From NCBI GenBank assembly GCA_051294375.1, contig CM119266.1:8270606-8334605 (forward strand): DNA of 64,000 bases, in the 5' to 3' direction. This stretch comes from Paraspadella gotoi (lineage: Eukaryota > Animalia > Chaetognatha). Below the pieces are notes generated by a model. It searched no databases and was not told the DNA's origin. It worked only from the letters and a program-made list of their open reading frames with translations. This document shows, one piece after another, positions 40,581 to 55,757 of this stretch. The translations under genes were made by a program, and so were the position numbers. Every line of letters starts with the position of its first letter. Positions within the stretch are counted from its first letter, which is position 1.

Positions 40581-41262
40581 CTTTCTCTCTCTTTGGACAT
40601 GCTCCAACTTGCATCGATCGAGTGCCGAGGCCGGCGTCGACGAAAACAACGACGAGAACGATGCGTCTTTGTCCCTTCCTCTTCTCTTGGCTACGAACCA
40701 TAATCCTTATTGTCGTCGTTGTCGTCGTCGTTGTTGTTGTCGTCGTCGTCGTCCCTGTCTCTGTTGATGGCGCCGGCGCTTCGTGGCGATGTACATTCTT
40801 TTTTTAGTCCTGCTTGGTTCTAGTTTTTTTCTAGCCCGAAAGTGTTTCAGTCAGAATTATTGTTTCATGTTTAATCGTAACTTAATTTAATTTAAAAAGT
40901 CAATTATATAACATATTTTCCAGTTCTGCCCCTTAATTATAAATTCTATTTAAATTCGTATTAGTTGTAACTATTTTGAATTATTGACAATAAGAAAAAA
41001 AAATATATTTTGTTGTAGAAGTCTAAACAATGTCGACGCTAAACATTTGCTCGAGTTAAAGAACTAACTGTTGTTAGTTTTCAAAACACACACACACAAA
41101 AAAAACTAGTTTGTATTGACTTTTTTTTAAAACTTTGATACTCAAAACACAAATGTTTTCCCCAAGTTTGATATAAATTACTAAACGAAACTATATAATT
41201 AATGACAGTTAGTGGAAAGTGGATTTTTTTCCTACGAGACAGTCGAGTTAATATTATATTCA

Positions 41263-41355
<93 letters not shown>

Positions 41356-41445
41356 TCTTAAGTTTTAAATATAGTAACTGGCCTCCATAAACACTAATGT
41401 CGAAAGCGTCGAATGTTTTTACACTTTTTTTGAGTATTTTTTGTT

Positions 41446-41528
<83 letters not shown>

Positions 41529-42799
41529 TTCGTCTTCGTCTTCGTCGCGACAGAATCACTTACCCAAAACAATATCCCGGATCCGCCCAAAAATGTTTTA
41601 TTGTTTAAGAAAAAAAATAATGTTGACTCCCACGGATTTTGTTGTTGTTGTTGTTGTTGTTTTTTTTTTTTGAGGAGGGAAAATTCTTTAGAAAGGATCA
41701 CGACGACGACAACGATCATAATGACAAATAAGATGACAATAATGACTAAAACAGTCGATACTTTGAAACTCAATATTCTGGGGTTCAATTTGCTAAATAC
41801 AAAAAATAAAAATGAGCACGCTAATTTTGCCTAAAATGAGTTAAGATATCGAGGTAAATATTTTTTTCGAATCGACTTCGCTTTAGTATCAATCGTACGC
41901 GTCCTCATTTTCTCATTCACTGTGAGTCCACAAGAATTGGAAAACGATTCGACTCAGATCTTTTTTTATCGAATACAAGATTGGATGTGTTGGCGAGAGG
42001 GCGTATGGGATGGTGGTCATTTGGGAAAGTTAGACATTACCTAATTAAAATGTAGTACTTGACCAAATGCTAATGGACTAACGAGCTATTTGTCGACTAC
42101 AGCCTGATCAAATGTAACCCTAAAGACTTTTATTAGTCGTTCATTAGTTGTAAAATATTTTTGTATTTGATTAGTTTCTTAGTCAACATAAAGGTAAGAA
42201 TAGGATAAATTAAAAGTATTATCAAATTATCAATACTGTCTCTTTCAACATTGCAACGTTTCGACATCGCGAATCATAGACGCCCTTCCACTTGACTCGT
42301 TATCTGGTACTAGAGGCCATTGTGGCATTTTCAGTATCGGAAAATTGGGTATTCGGTTCCCAGATGCTCAGATGCTTTGATTGCGTCACAAGTTTTGGTT
42401 TCGTAAGAGAATTAAGACTTTGTTGGTTTCCATCGTTTTGGTTGCGGGAACAAATGATAATATTATAATGTAATAATAATGTAATAATATTGGTAAAATT
42501 AAGCGCAAAGATTTAAACTGTTTAAAAAAAGAAAGAAGTTGATCAGGAAAGATAGATTGAAACGAGAAACAAGAAAGAAATGCAGTAATTAGAAAGAAAG
42601 AGAAAAAATAACAAAGAATGGAAAAAAAAAAGAAAGAAAGGAAAAAAATCAAACTATTCGCTTGGGTAATTCCAGATCGATCAGTCGACGACTTTTACTG
42701 CTTGTTTGTCCACTTTACCAAAAAAAAAGAACATGAGAAAAAACACAAAATAAAACTTAAGAATATAAAAAATCGAAAAAGACGCGGTAAATATTTTAA

Positions 42800-42919
<120 letters not shown>

Positions 42920-43518
42920 CTCTTTTTACACACACACACACGTATTGACTTTTAAAAAAAGGAATCCTTGATCGTTACCTTTGTTGCTTTTATTTTACGT
43001 TTTTTAAAAAAATCGGTTTTTCCCCGCGTTTATTTTTTCGGTTATAACGACGCATTTCGTAATATGTAACAATCGTTACATTTTTAGATATCATTTATCG
43101 ACAATTCGATATTATTATCAGTAGCTTAAGGGAAGTCGGAAAACGATGATTTAAAGATGTTTATCTTATAACTAAACTGGTTACGTGAAGACTTAAATTT
43201 TATCGCATATACATGTATGAATTATGTAATTTACATTAATGTGTTGCAATTTCTTTTCTCGGAAAATTGGTTTCAAAACCTTAAGTAGTTATAAATTATT
43301 CCGATATTTGGACCAAAAAAAACCTGTGACCCTGAAATCATCTCGTCGATTCTGCCCTTAAAACAATTTATTCTAATCTGCTCTTAAAACCTCTGCCCTT
43401 AAAACTTTTCGCTCTTAAAACCGCCTCCCAGGTTTTTCCCCTGAACCCCCTTTGAATTTCTCATGTGCCTCTCTCTTGAAAGCGACTGCTTAAATCCCCA
43501 GAAACAATGGCATCGATC

Positions 43519-43576
<58 letters not shown>

Positions 43577-43644
43577 CTCTCTCTCTCTCTCTTCTCTCTC
43601 TCTCTGTCTCTGTTCTGTCGTCGATTGCCGGAGTCAAGATCTTC

Positions 43645-43720
<76 letters not shown>

Positions 43721-45308
43721 TCTCTCTCTCTCCCAAAATCAGGTTTTCTGTTTATACGATACCGACCGCGGTTGTTTAATTCTATTCCTGTTTATCGTGT
43801 TATACGTTGCTCTGTTTTCGCTTTTATTTATTTGCTTTGTCTCTGTCGTCGTCGTCGTCGTCGTCGTCGTTTTTTTCGAACAATCGCTTCTCGGTTAAAT
43901 CAATTTCGTTTAAAAAGTTGGATGTATTTTTATCTCGCGGTTCAAACGACACGAAAGTTCTCATTTTAAAGTAAAATAATATAGATTTAAATTTAAACAA
44001 TTAACGTCCACTATTTATTTACCTATTTTAGTAATAGTTGTTTTTCTATTCGTAACACCCCCATTTCGAAATTCTTTTTCACACTTTGAATTAGGAAAAC
44101 AGGGTTTGTTTTGTCTGCATAACTTTTGTTTTGTTTTTGTTTTTTTTTTCGAAAAAAGAAAAAAAAGAATTAAAAAGGACAACCAAATAATTTTGATTTT
44201 TTTTTTTACTAATTTCGTCTTTTGAATTTTTATTTAAACGTTGTTTCCTCGTAATGAATTGGTTGCGACTCAACGGTCCTCTTCTAAATTATCTTTGTAT
44301 CTTTAATTGATCGACTTCTATCTCTTCTTTTTACTCAATTTCTTTTATTTTCTTCGACTTCTCTTTTCAATTTTTTTTTCTTTTCTTCAATTCTTTTCTA
44401 ATTTTTCTTTTCTTTTTTCAATTTTTCTTTTCTAATTTTTCTTTTCTTTTTTCCTCTACCACTTCCGACACTAAATTAGATTTCTCTCCATTTCGGTAAA
44501 AGACAACGTGAGACGAAACGTGAGACAAAAACGTGAATGAAAATAAAAGCGTGAGAGAATTTGTGATTTATATCGCGGCTCCTGTAATGAAAACGTCGAT
44601 ATAATATGATAATATTTTGACGCGTTTCAAAATTAAGCACGTGGCGAAAAAATCTGAATTTAAAAAAATGTTGCGTGGAAATCGTTATAATTCTTTAATT
44701 TAAGTAGTTAAAAACTTTAAATTTTCAGGATATATAAAACAAAACACTTAAAATTTGGAAAAACTTAAGTTTTCCGACGATGAAACTGATGATGATGAAC
44801 ACGACGAATACCCAGATTACAACAACAACAACAACAACGACGATGACGACGTCGACAATCTCGATAAACTCGATTCCTCTGTAAGAAAAAAAATAATTTC
44901 TCTTTAACCATGAATTACTTTCCGGATCTGGAGGGGCGGGCGATCGTTTTAAAGGTTTTTATCGTAGAAAAATCTGATGGAATTTCGATTTGAGAACAAA
45001 AATATAAACGCAAAAGATTTAATCTTTCTCAATATATCACGCCCACGCACGAGATGACATTTTAGATAACGTTTTTCTATTTCTCCCCTTTATCCCTCCA
45101 TCTCTCTCCCTATCCTTCCCTTTCCTCCCTTTTCTCCATTTCTTCCCTTTCCTCCCTCTCTTCTCATCTCTTTCCTCCCTCTCTTCTCCTCCCTTTCCTC
45201 CCCCTCACTTCCTCCCTTTCCTCCCTTTCCTCCTTCTCTTCTCCTCCCTTTTCTCTCTATCTTCTCCTCCCTTTCCTCCCTCTCTTCTCCTCCCTTTCCT
45301 CCCAACAG

Positions 45309-48300
45309 GAAAAGGAAAAGCTGGAAACTCTGGAGTCTCTCCTCAAACGTTTCCTCGTCGAGGGTCTTCCTCCTCTTCCTCCTCTTCTCGCCATCGCCAG
45401 ACCGGAAGTGGGCGTGGCCTTTGCCAAAACGGAAGATGAGGACGACGAAGAGGATGAGGAAGAGGAGATTCCCGATCACTGGACCTCGTTCGTGAAGAAT
45501 CACCAGGTGAGCGTTAGAGATGAGAGTTCCAAGGGGTCGAGTTATCATTTTCGATGGCAAGATTTATCAATTGGTAGGGTTTAAGATTTATATAGTATTT
45601 ATGCTACTTACGATTCAAAATATTTTTCTTGTCATTTTTTTTAATATAACTATCTCTATTTATTATTTTTTAACTGCTGAAAGTTTATTTCCGCTAAAAC
45701 TTATTTAGCTTTTCATTTTCCAAAAAACAAAATAATTTTAAAATTTCTCGTATCAATATAATTTTTTCAGCCTAAAATAGTTTTATCTTACCCACGCAAC
45801 TTACCTTTTTTTCCCCCCTTCTTTCCTCTCCTCTCCTTTCCTCTCCCTTCCTTTCCTTTCCTTTCCTTTCCTTTCCTTTCCTNNNNNNNNNNNNNNNNNN
45901 NTTTCCTTTCCTTTCCTCCCTCCAGTCACTCACCAAGACGGAGCGCGATCAGCAAGAGGCGCTGTGGGAACTACTCTCCACTGAGATCGAATATCAGAAG
46001 AAACTCAAAGTCATTTGCGAAGTCTTTATGTGCGTTTTGCTCAATTTACAACAGGAGTCGTTGTTATGCGAGGTAAGTTCATTCATTCATTCATTCATTC
46101 ATTCATTCATTCATTCATTCATTCATTCATTCATTCTTTCATTCATTCATTCATTCATTCCTTCATTCAATCATTCATTCATTCATTCATTCATTCTTTC
46201 AGTCATTCATTCATTCATTCATTCATTCATTCATTCATTCATTCATTCATTCATTCATTCCAAAATTCACAACTTTCAGATCGAGACGGATCGCCTCTTC
46301 TCCAACATCCAAGACATCCTCTCCCTCCATCTCGTCTTCTGGCGCCGCCTCCTCCGCCCCGTTCTCGCCGCCTCCGTCCGCAGCGGCGCAGCGCTCGATC
46401 CGCTGCTGCTGAAGGCCGCGTTCGACGCTTTCCCGCGTATCTTCGCTCCGTACAGAAAGTAAGGAAGGGTCAGGCTTTGGAGAGGGAGGGGAGGGCAGAA
46501 TTTGTCGTTGTTGTTCGTTCGAAATGAAGAGCATTTAAGACATATTAATAAGTGTACGGATCAATGAAACATCTTTCTTAGCCTTTTATATACTTAATGT
46601 AAATCTTTTTGCCGTTCCCAAAATATAATTTTTTAAAAATTTTTCCTCTTTGCCAATTTGAGATAATAACGTAAAACCAAATGCTACAAAATGCAAATGA
46701 TATTAAAATAAATAATAAATAAAGCAAGTCTACATGCAAGAGCATTTCCCATCCTTTTGACTCACTAATATTGCAACGACAAAATGTTTTTACTATTATT
46801 ATCAATAATGTTACATTTGTATGTAAAATTACATTTTACATTTATCCCTTTTTCCTTCACCTATATACTTTATCCTACATCCCTGACTTTAATCACAACC
46901 TTTTTTTCTCTTCCCCCTCCTTTTAAAATCAAGGTACTGCCTCGACATGCAGCCTTGCTACGCCTACATGCGAGCGGAGAGGAAGAGCAACGAACTCTTC
47001 CACACTTTCGTCGCGTGGGCGGAGGCACATCCGGGGAGCAATCGACAAAGACTGGCTGATCTCTTGGTCACCCCAATGCAGAGGTTGGTTTCAGATGTGT
47101 ATGGTTAATGTCTATAAGTGATTTCTTGGTCACTCCAATGCAGAGGTTGGTTTGATATGCGAATGGTTTAAAGTCTGTCTATATTTTTGAATGTCTGGTT
47201 GTCTGCCTCTCTGTATTTCTATCTTTTTGTCCGTCTTTCCGTCTTGCTCTCGGTCTCTCTGTCTTGAAGTCCGTCTTTTTTTAAATATGCCTGCCGGTCT
47301 TTCTGTCTCTCTTTAATTCTGACTGTCTCTCCGTCACCTGGCTTCTCTATCTGTTAGTGTTTATGTTTTTGTCTGTCTTTCTGCTGTCGGTCTTCCTCTC
47401 TGTCTGCCCGTCTGTCTTTTTTCAGGATGCCTTTTCCAGCCTGATTCTAACCACTACCCCCCTTCAACCTCCACCCCACACCCTCTATACCCCAGACTGA
47501 CCAAATACTCCCTCCTTCTCAACGCGATCGTCAAGAAGACCCCAGAGTCTTCAACGAAGACGGAACTCGTTCGAATGGCGGCGACTGTCGACGCCTTCGT
47601 GGGCAGAGTCAACGCCGCTCTCAGGTTTGCCGGTGGGGGGAGTTTGTTGGGGGGAAGGGTTGTGGTGAGTTGTGGCGAACTGTGGTCTTTGTGGTTGTGA
47701 TCGTGGTGAAGATGACGTTTGTGGTTTAGTTGTGGTGATGATGACATTTCATTTGTAGTCAAATTATGATAATTATATAGTACAGAGTGTACTAGCTCAG
47801 TTCATTTCTGAATTTAGGCAATCAATTAATATTCAATATTACTTATTAATCCTCTCAGGACGACTCACGAATCTGAGAGACTGAAAGCGATTGTGGATAA
47901 GATCGAGAGCTACGCCGTCTTTGAATCCTTCAACGAGGAGGTTGACAAGGTGAGTCGAAAAGGCAGTGTGGTGTTAGTGGGCGAACTTGTGGGCGATTGA
48001 GTGTTTGAGGAAGTCCGGGGATTCTAGGAGACATAAGATCGATATGAAGACAAGAAGACAACACTAACGTCCCCATCCCTATAATAGATTAATAATAGTA
48101 GATTCGAACATTCCCCCCCCTCCACCTAGGCCCTCTCCACCTACGCCCGCCTCGATCTCGTCTCCGCTCCCGTCCCCGCCTGCCCGGGCATGCCCCGACG
48201 CTTCGTCCGCACGGAAGGCCCCTTCAAGTTCCGCGACCAAAACTCTCGACTAGACGCGCATCTCTTTCTCTTCTCGGATCTCCTTCTGGTGGCGAAGGCG

Positions 48301-51300
48301 TCGCGGAAGGGAGCCGATCGGGTTAAGGTGGTCAAACCGCCCGTCAGACTCGATCACTTGAGGTGAGGGCGGAGGGTGAGGGGGGAGAGAAAAGCTGGGG
48401 GGGGGTTGTGTCTGTTTGTGATTCGTCCGTCAATTTTGTTTCAACATCCTTCTTTCTTTTTACTTTCAATTTTCTTTTTCAATTTTTATTCTGGCTCTTT
48501 GCTATAGATCTTTTGCTCGTTTCGACATTGTCCTTTCATTAACTGGTCATTAAACAAAAAAAAATGTCAACAAAGGATCCATTTTGACAACTTGATAACT
48601 CTGTCCAGAAGTTTTCTAATTTTCTCTAAATTTCCCTTCTATTTCAATTCTAATAAGTTTTTTCCTTCCCTTTCCCCTTTTAAACTTCTATTCCATTTCT
48701 CATCCATTTTTATTCCATTTCTCATCAATTTTTATTCCATTCCTCATCCATTTTTATTCCATTTCCCTTCCAGAGTCCACGAGATGCGCGATGGCGCCGG
48801 TTTCATCCTCCTTCACGTCAACGACTTCGGCGTCGCCTCCAACTTTTGGGTCATTCAGGCGCCGCAGGCCGTCGCCAGGCAATGGGTCGAGGCCATCAGA
48901 AAACAGGCGGTGAGTTTTGGGAGCGCGACATATGAACAACAGGCGCTTGACAATGTGAGGGTAGGAGAGCAAGCTAAGGAGAGTAGCCTGGCAGGTAGTG
49001 TGTAAAAGGGGAGAGGCATGGAGACAGGAAATACTGTTACAAATGCTATAAACATTAGATAGAAGTACTAGAAATACTAGAAATAAAATAAATAAATAAA
49101 TAAATAAGTAAATAAGTAAATAAATAAATAATTATATAGATAAATAAAAAATAAATAAATAAATAAAACCTATATAAATGCTAAATAGAAATACAAGATA
49201 AAGATTAAATAATTACTATTTTCTTCTTTCAACCAACAGGATGAATACAAAGAGACTCAACGATCTTGCGCCCTCTCTCGTCTCGGCGTCGACGGCGTCT
49301 TCAGCGGCGCCGCACTCATCGCCTCCTCCTCTTCCTCCGACGACTCTCTACCGACAACGGCGCTCCTCGGCCGACGAGCCGACACGATCGCCGACCCGAC
49401 GAGGGACAGCGGCGTCGCTGTCGAAGACCACGACGACGCCGACCTCGCCACGGCGTTGGGTCGCGTCCCGGCGTCGATGAGCGTCGATCTTCCATCGCGG
49501 CGTCACTCGCTCAGCGCCGCTCGCGCCCTCAAACCGGCGACGACCACGACGCCGTCTCGTCGATGGAGCCGAGGCTCTCCGGCGTCGTCCGTCGAAGCGG
49601 CGTCGATCGATAAACGCGGCGCCCTTTTTCACGGGCGTCGACTCAAACAATTCCTCGACGATGTCGGCGTCGAGGACGACGACAACGACGACGACGACGA
49701 CAATCTCGGTCCGTCGGTCGGTCTGTCCATCGGTTCTTCCAAACTATTTCCTCCAGATCTCATCGTCTCCAGCGAATTCTCTCCCGGAAGCGAACAAAGG
49801 ACTTCCGCTTCTCGGGACTTTAATCCGAGAAGCGGATCCGCTACTCCCGTCTCCCATTCCCCGCTCAAAGACTTTCGATCATTACCCGGTAACAATAAGC
49901 GATCGACGTCTTCGATCGCTGGCGCCATCTCCGCCTCAACGTCGATATTGACTTCGGTTCCCAACTCGTTTCCCTCGAAAGACTCTTCGGGTAAAACCGC
50001 TTCCAACAAAAGCGGAAAAGCGGAAGAAATTCCGCTTCCGAACGACGACGATCACGACGACGATCACGACGACGACGACGACGTCGTCATGGTTCCCTCG
50101 TCTTCCGACGCCGACTCGACCGCGAAGCGCGCCGGTCGCGCCGAGAAACGCTATCACACGGCGCCGGTTGAGAGCAAGCGGGGAAGGCAGAGAGACAACG
50201 CTATTCAGAAGAGATTCTCGTGGCATTACGGGCAACAGCAGATGCAGCAGATGCAGCAAATGCAGCAGATGCAGGAGTTGACGGAAGGTGAGAGGCGATG
50301 ATTGTGATTATAATATGAAATTGATTATACCTAATTGGTAGCTAATAAATTTGACTAGCTTATTACACTTACCGGGTCCGGCAGTGTTACAATCTTCTTG
50401 TAAGAGAGATGGAGCCATTATCACACCAGAACCGATCGATAGTCAGGGGCAAGATAGCTTATTAATCAAAGTAACGGATTATTTTATATTGGTTGTCCAA
50501 TTTCATATCTCGATTTAAACTTGAGTTTAATAATTAATTAGATGTTGTTGTTAATGAAAACTAATAAACATCTTTCTCCTCCCCCTACTCCTTCCTCTCG
50601 CCCCCCTCCACAGTCTCCGCCTCCCCCTCCACCGCCTCCATCGGTTCCTCCTCGGGCGTCTCCTCCTCTTGTTCCTTCCTCGTCGCTCAAGAATCTTCGG
50701 ATTCGATTCCCGAAGTCGATTCCGACTCTGGAGTCTTGGAGGAGGAAGAGGAAGAGGAAGAAGACGCCACGCCCCCTCAAAACTCCTCCTCCTCCTCCCG
50801 CTCCTCTTCCCTGCGCGACGTCGGTCCCCGGCGTCGGCCCCGTCGTCCCTCGTCGGCGTCGTCGTCGTCGGCCACGCCCACGCCGACAGAGGCCGACGCC
50901 GTCAGCGTCAATTCCGTCGTCGGCGTCGTCGTCGGCGAAGGCGGCGCCGACGGAGGCGCCGCGACCGACGTGGCCTCGGCGTCGCTGCCGGAAAGTCTCG
51001 GCGGGGGCAGCGGCGGCGGAAGGAGCGGCGGGAGTTTCCGGAAAATGACGCCGGCCGAGAGGATGAGGGTGAAGAAGCTGGTGCTGTTGAATCCCACGCT
51101 GGAAGCATCGTGAGTTTTATTGGGGGGGATGGAGTGAGGGTGGAAGTTGATGGAGGAAGGTGGGAATTTTGATGGAGATGGGGAGAGAAAGGATTTTCTT
51201 GGATAATTTAGGATGTTTATTTAAGGAAAATATCTTTTTTCTCTAGTATAAATATAAGTACGATTTAGTTTAGGTGGTCTACAAAACAAATCTAAAAATA

Positions 51301-51354
51301 ATTTTAATTTAATAACGAATTTTTTTCTCTTTTTTCTCTTCCAGTGAAGTTTAA
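45309..51354 (+). CDS. PLEKHG5: PLEKHG5/Syx-like RhoGEF (DH-PH, C-terminal PDZ-binding motif), 5' end incomplete. Exons 45309-45506, 45926-46072, 46280-46458, 46934-47083, 47496-47624, 47859-47949, 48130-48362, 48774-48909, 49240-50287, 50614-51109, 51345-51354
   Basis: DH motifs QQEALWELLSTEIEYQKKLKVI, DRLFSNIQDI, RLADLLVTPMQRLTKYSLLLNAI; PH motifs HLFLFSDLLLVAK and ARQWVEAI; C-terminus LLNPTLEASEV* like vertebrate PLEKHG5 (LLNSTLTASEV, from memory). All 10 introns GT-AG and phase-consistent. Confidence 0.9.
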
Positions 51355-51581
51355 CTCGACTATCAGAATCTGTGTCATCATCGTCGTGATTCTCATCAGC
51401 GTCATCGTCTTCTCTGTCATCGTTTGGTCTCTATCATCTGTTTTCTCACAGCCCTGAGGAGCAGATGATATATCTCTCTCCTAATTAACTGTCGTCTACT
51501 CCGCTGACAAACAGTCTGTCAGTCAGTCTGGCAAAGTCTTGCAGTCATTTTTTTTTTTGAATCATTGAAATCTTTGAATAG

Positions 51582-51625
<44 letters not shown>

Positions 51626-53050
51626 ACCCATGCTCTCCCTTCCTCGCCCCATAATTTGTCAATTGTGATAACCTTTTGATTTCCTTCTCAAACTTCTAAC
51701 TTGTTACAGGAACTTACTCCAGAATGACTCCCTCTCTCTCTCCTTTAAACTTCTCATTTAATTCCTCTCTCTTTTTATTTTATCGTTTGCCTCTAAACTA
51801 ACATCTTTGTTGTCTCTCTCTCAAAATTTCATTTCCCTTCTTCTCTCCTTAAAATCCGATTAATTTGTCATTAAAAAAGTCAAACTTTAACTGACCCGTT
51901 CACCCGCCTAATACTTACCGGTTACCCCCGTGTCCTTCTCTTCCTCCTCCTCCTCTTCCTCCTCCTCCACCTCCTCCTTACAGCGCCAATATCAAAATTA
52001 TCCTATTAGATTAGAGATGATGGCACTTTTCATTTTTTTGGATGATATTTTTATCTTTGACCCGATGTACGATGACTATTTATTCCTTTACAAAAAACAA
52101 AAATAAACATCAACAAAACAAATAACAAAACAAAGGCGCACACTATCACGCGCGAAACCAATTAAACCTATTCCATTGCTCATATGTTTTTTTTCTGTGC
52201 TAATGATTCCGGATCATTTTAACTGATATTCCAACTACCGCTATTGATGGAGTTTTATTCCATTGTTTATTTCGTTGTTTATTTAAGTTTTATTTGTTTG
52301 TTTTTATCGATACTTAACGGCGATACAGTAATTGCTGCTTAGCATTTAAACTAGACGATATTTGTCTTTTTTTTTCCATTGTTCATATGAACCATTATTT
52401 TGATTATACTAAAAGAAAAAGTGATTTGACATCCTCAATCTTCGATACATCCGGGTTTGTGAAAAGGATGTGAGTTGTCAGTGAATGTGAGAGGAAATTC
52501 TTTGTGATCTACCTTTACTTCTCCACCGTGAGACCTTGAAAGAGGATGTACACTGATCATTGCTTTCTTACTGCTTTAACCTCGAAAGAGCTAATTGCAA
52601 AAAAAAAGCATTTTTTTGGTCTGCTTTTGCGATTTCAAGTGTTTAACTTAGTGAATACGAAAAGACTTAAAAACCCTTAATTCCATTTTCTCTTATTATT
52701 TTTAACTCAAGTTAAAAGGATTTTAAAAAAGGAGGCAAAATTAATTAATCGAATTTAGGAGACAAGAAACAGATTATCTCTTACGAAAAAAAAAAATGTC
52801 GCCTTCAAAAATCGAAATGTATCTTGTTTTTGTTTTTTTTTTCTTTTTGTTTTTTTTTTGTCTCAGATTTTTATGTCTCCAGTTTCTTATACTTCTTCAT
52901 ATCGTTGCTACGGACTCGTGATTATATTGGAAATTAAAATACAAAAAAAAAATCTGTTTAGATTTTAAATTTTGTGTATTGAATTACAGATAAGGGCAAA
53001 GCAGTTAGAGATGTTATTGACGAATGATATCTGTGATTTGAAGTTCTTCT

Positions 53051-53103
<53 letters not shown>

Positions 53104-53263
53104 GGATTAACAACACTTTAGCATCCGATGACATTGATAGAGCACGAAAAAGATATTTATTAAGTCCTAAATTTTCTAAGATTTCATTGTAGCGGCCCCT
53201 TTTATTGATTTTTGGCACGTTTATACTAAATTATTTTTGTTTATTTCTTTCTCTTTTTATTTC

Positions 53264-53777
53264 TTTTTAGCCGGATCTGCTTATAGCAGATTCCGACTCT
53301 ATAAACCACTTAGTCCGTACGTCGGTCAACCTCCACAATCTTGTTATTCATTCACTTAGATCATGTCCTAAAATTAAATGATGATAAATTATGCCAAAAA
53401 ATTTATATATGTCTGTCAGTCCGCCCGTCTATCGGTCCGTCCATCTGACCGTTCGTCCCCCTCACGAGTGAATCAGGCGATTGATTATAAATTTTGTATA
53501 TGGATAAATAAACAAGAGTGTAATTGAGCTGGAATCGTCCGAGTGGAAATGAGTTTAAATTTAAAAAATTTAAAAAAATTATGTTTCACTCTCCAAATTT
53601 TTTTTTTTTTCGATTTTCGATTTTATTTTGGTGGCAATTAAGGTTGAAAAAAATATTTATAATGATTATTTATAGTAAATTATATTAATTGCTAAAAAAA
53701 GATAGTACAATCAATTATAACTTATCGTGTGTTTAGATGCTTATCGCTTATAGTAATAGGCAGATCCGGCATTGTTT
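53264..53777 (+). mobile_element. Non-autonomous Helentron/DINE-1-like element, family B, complete copy
   Basis: Perfect 11-bp subterminal IR GCCGGATCTGC (53270-53280) / GCAGATCCGGC (53760-53770); inner partial IR GCAGATTCC then CTCTATAA; GTCY repeats at 53411-53458; TTTTTAG start, TTGTTT end. Confidence 0.72.
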
Positions 53778-53786
53778 GCTCAAACT

Positions 53787-53818
<32 letters not shown>

Positions 53819-53824
53819 TTTTCT

Positions 53825-53857
<33 letters not shown>

Positions 53858-53980
53858 TTTATTTCCAAATATCTTGTCACGAATCTTCGGCGGGAATTTT
53901 TCGAGGAATCTCGAAGGTCAGAAACTTTGGTTCCGATTTGAGGTCAGGAAAAGTAAGGAAGATAAGTCTCTAGGAATTAA

Positions 53981-54033
<53 letters not shown>

Positions 54034-54629
54034 CTCTCTCTCCTCTCTCTCCTCTCTCTCCCTCTTCTTTCTCTCTCCTCTCTCTCTCTCTTTCTTTCTC
54101 TCTCCTTCCAATCCGGTATCTCATGAAATGGAAAAAAAAAATCCTAGTAGCAAAAAAATAAAAAAAAAGAAAATATCATTTATTTCCATATTTTTTTCCC
54201 GATCATATTTATCGAGAAAATAAATATTTTTTCATAAAAAACATTTTTCTGTGACGTAACCGAAAAACAAGTTGGCTTCACTAGTCCGTGACGTCATATC
54301 TATAAAAAAAAAAATTCGCTCGATAAACTTAATCAGTTTGCGTAACGTCAATATTTACATCATATAATTTAATATCTGCTCAGGATTTCCGAAACTTGAA
54401 AATCGATCTTTATTTTAAATAATCGAATTTGATTAAAAGTTTCGATATTTACAATAACAGTTTCCATCTTCCGCCATTTTGGAGACTTTTTGTCTTAAAT
54501 ATAACGCGTAAGGTGACTCAGAGGAGAGGAGAGTGGGTCACCATAACCTACCGAAAGTGTGAACAGACCCTACACTGTCCGATGTGGACATTAGGTCAAC
54601 GAAATTTGTCCTTCGGTTCGGGTCAGGCG

Positions 54630-54740
54630 GTGCCCTGATGGTCTTGCCAGCCCGTCACTCTTTCGCAAAGTTCCGACCAGGATTGGAACCGGGGACTATT
54701 TAGATGGGAATTGAATCACTTGCCGAATGCACTATTACAA
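54630..54740 (-). mobile_element. Possible decayed tRNA-derived SINE head
   Basis: Minus-strand A-box-like TAGTGCATTCGG (54734-54723) and B-box-like GGTTCCAATCC (54690-54680) at tRNA-like spacing. Confidence 0.35.
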
Positions 54741-55011
54741 TGCCTTATCCAACGACAAGGGATCTTACGTCACTAAAGGTTTTTTTCGAAGCGAAAATTT
54801 TTCACTATTTATCGGCGAATCGATTTCTTGTTCGTTTAAGTTTTCAGTTGTGTGACGATACAACCGCAACGAAAAAAAAACAAGGACGATAATAACGAAT
54901 TGACATAGATAACGACAACAACAACAACAACTGCAACAACAAAAACTACAACGACGATAATCCATAACAAAAAAGAAGTCTCTTGTCACTTAAACATCCT
55001 GGTTTCGCATT

Positions 55012-55757
<746 letters not shown>

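Noticed and set aside
41997-42290. Possible MITE (AGGGCGT...ACGCCCT ends)
   Set aside because: IR match is short and imperfect, no clear TSD, single copy in the window.
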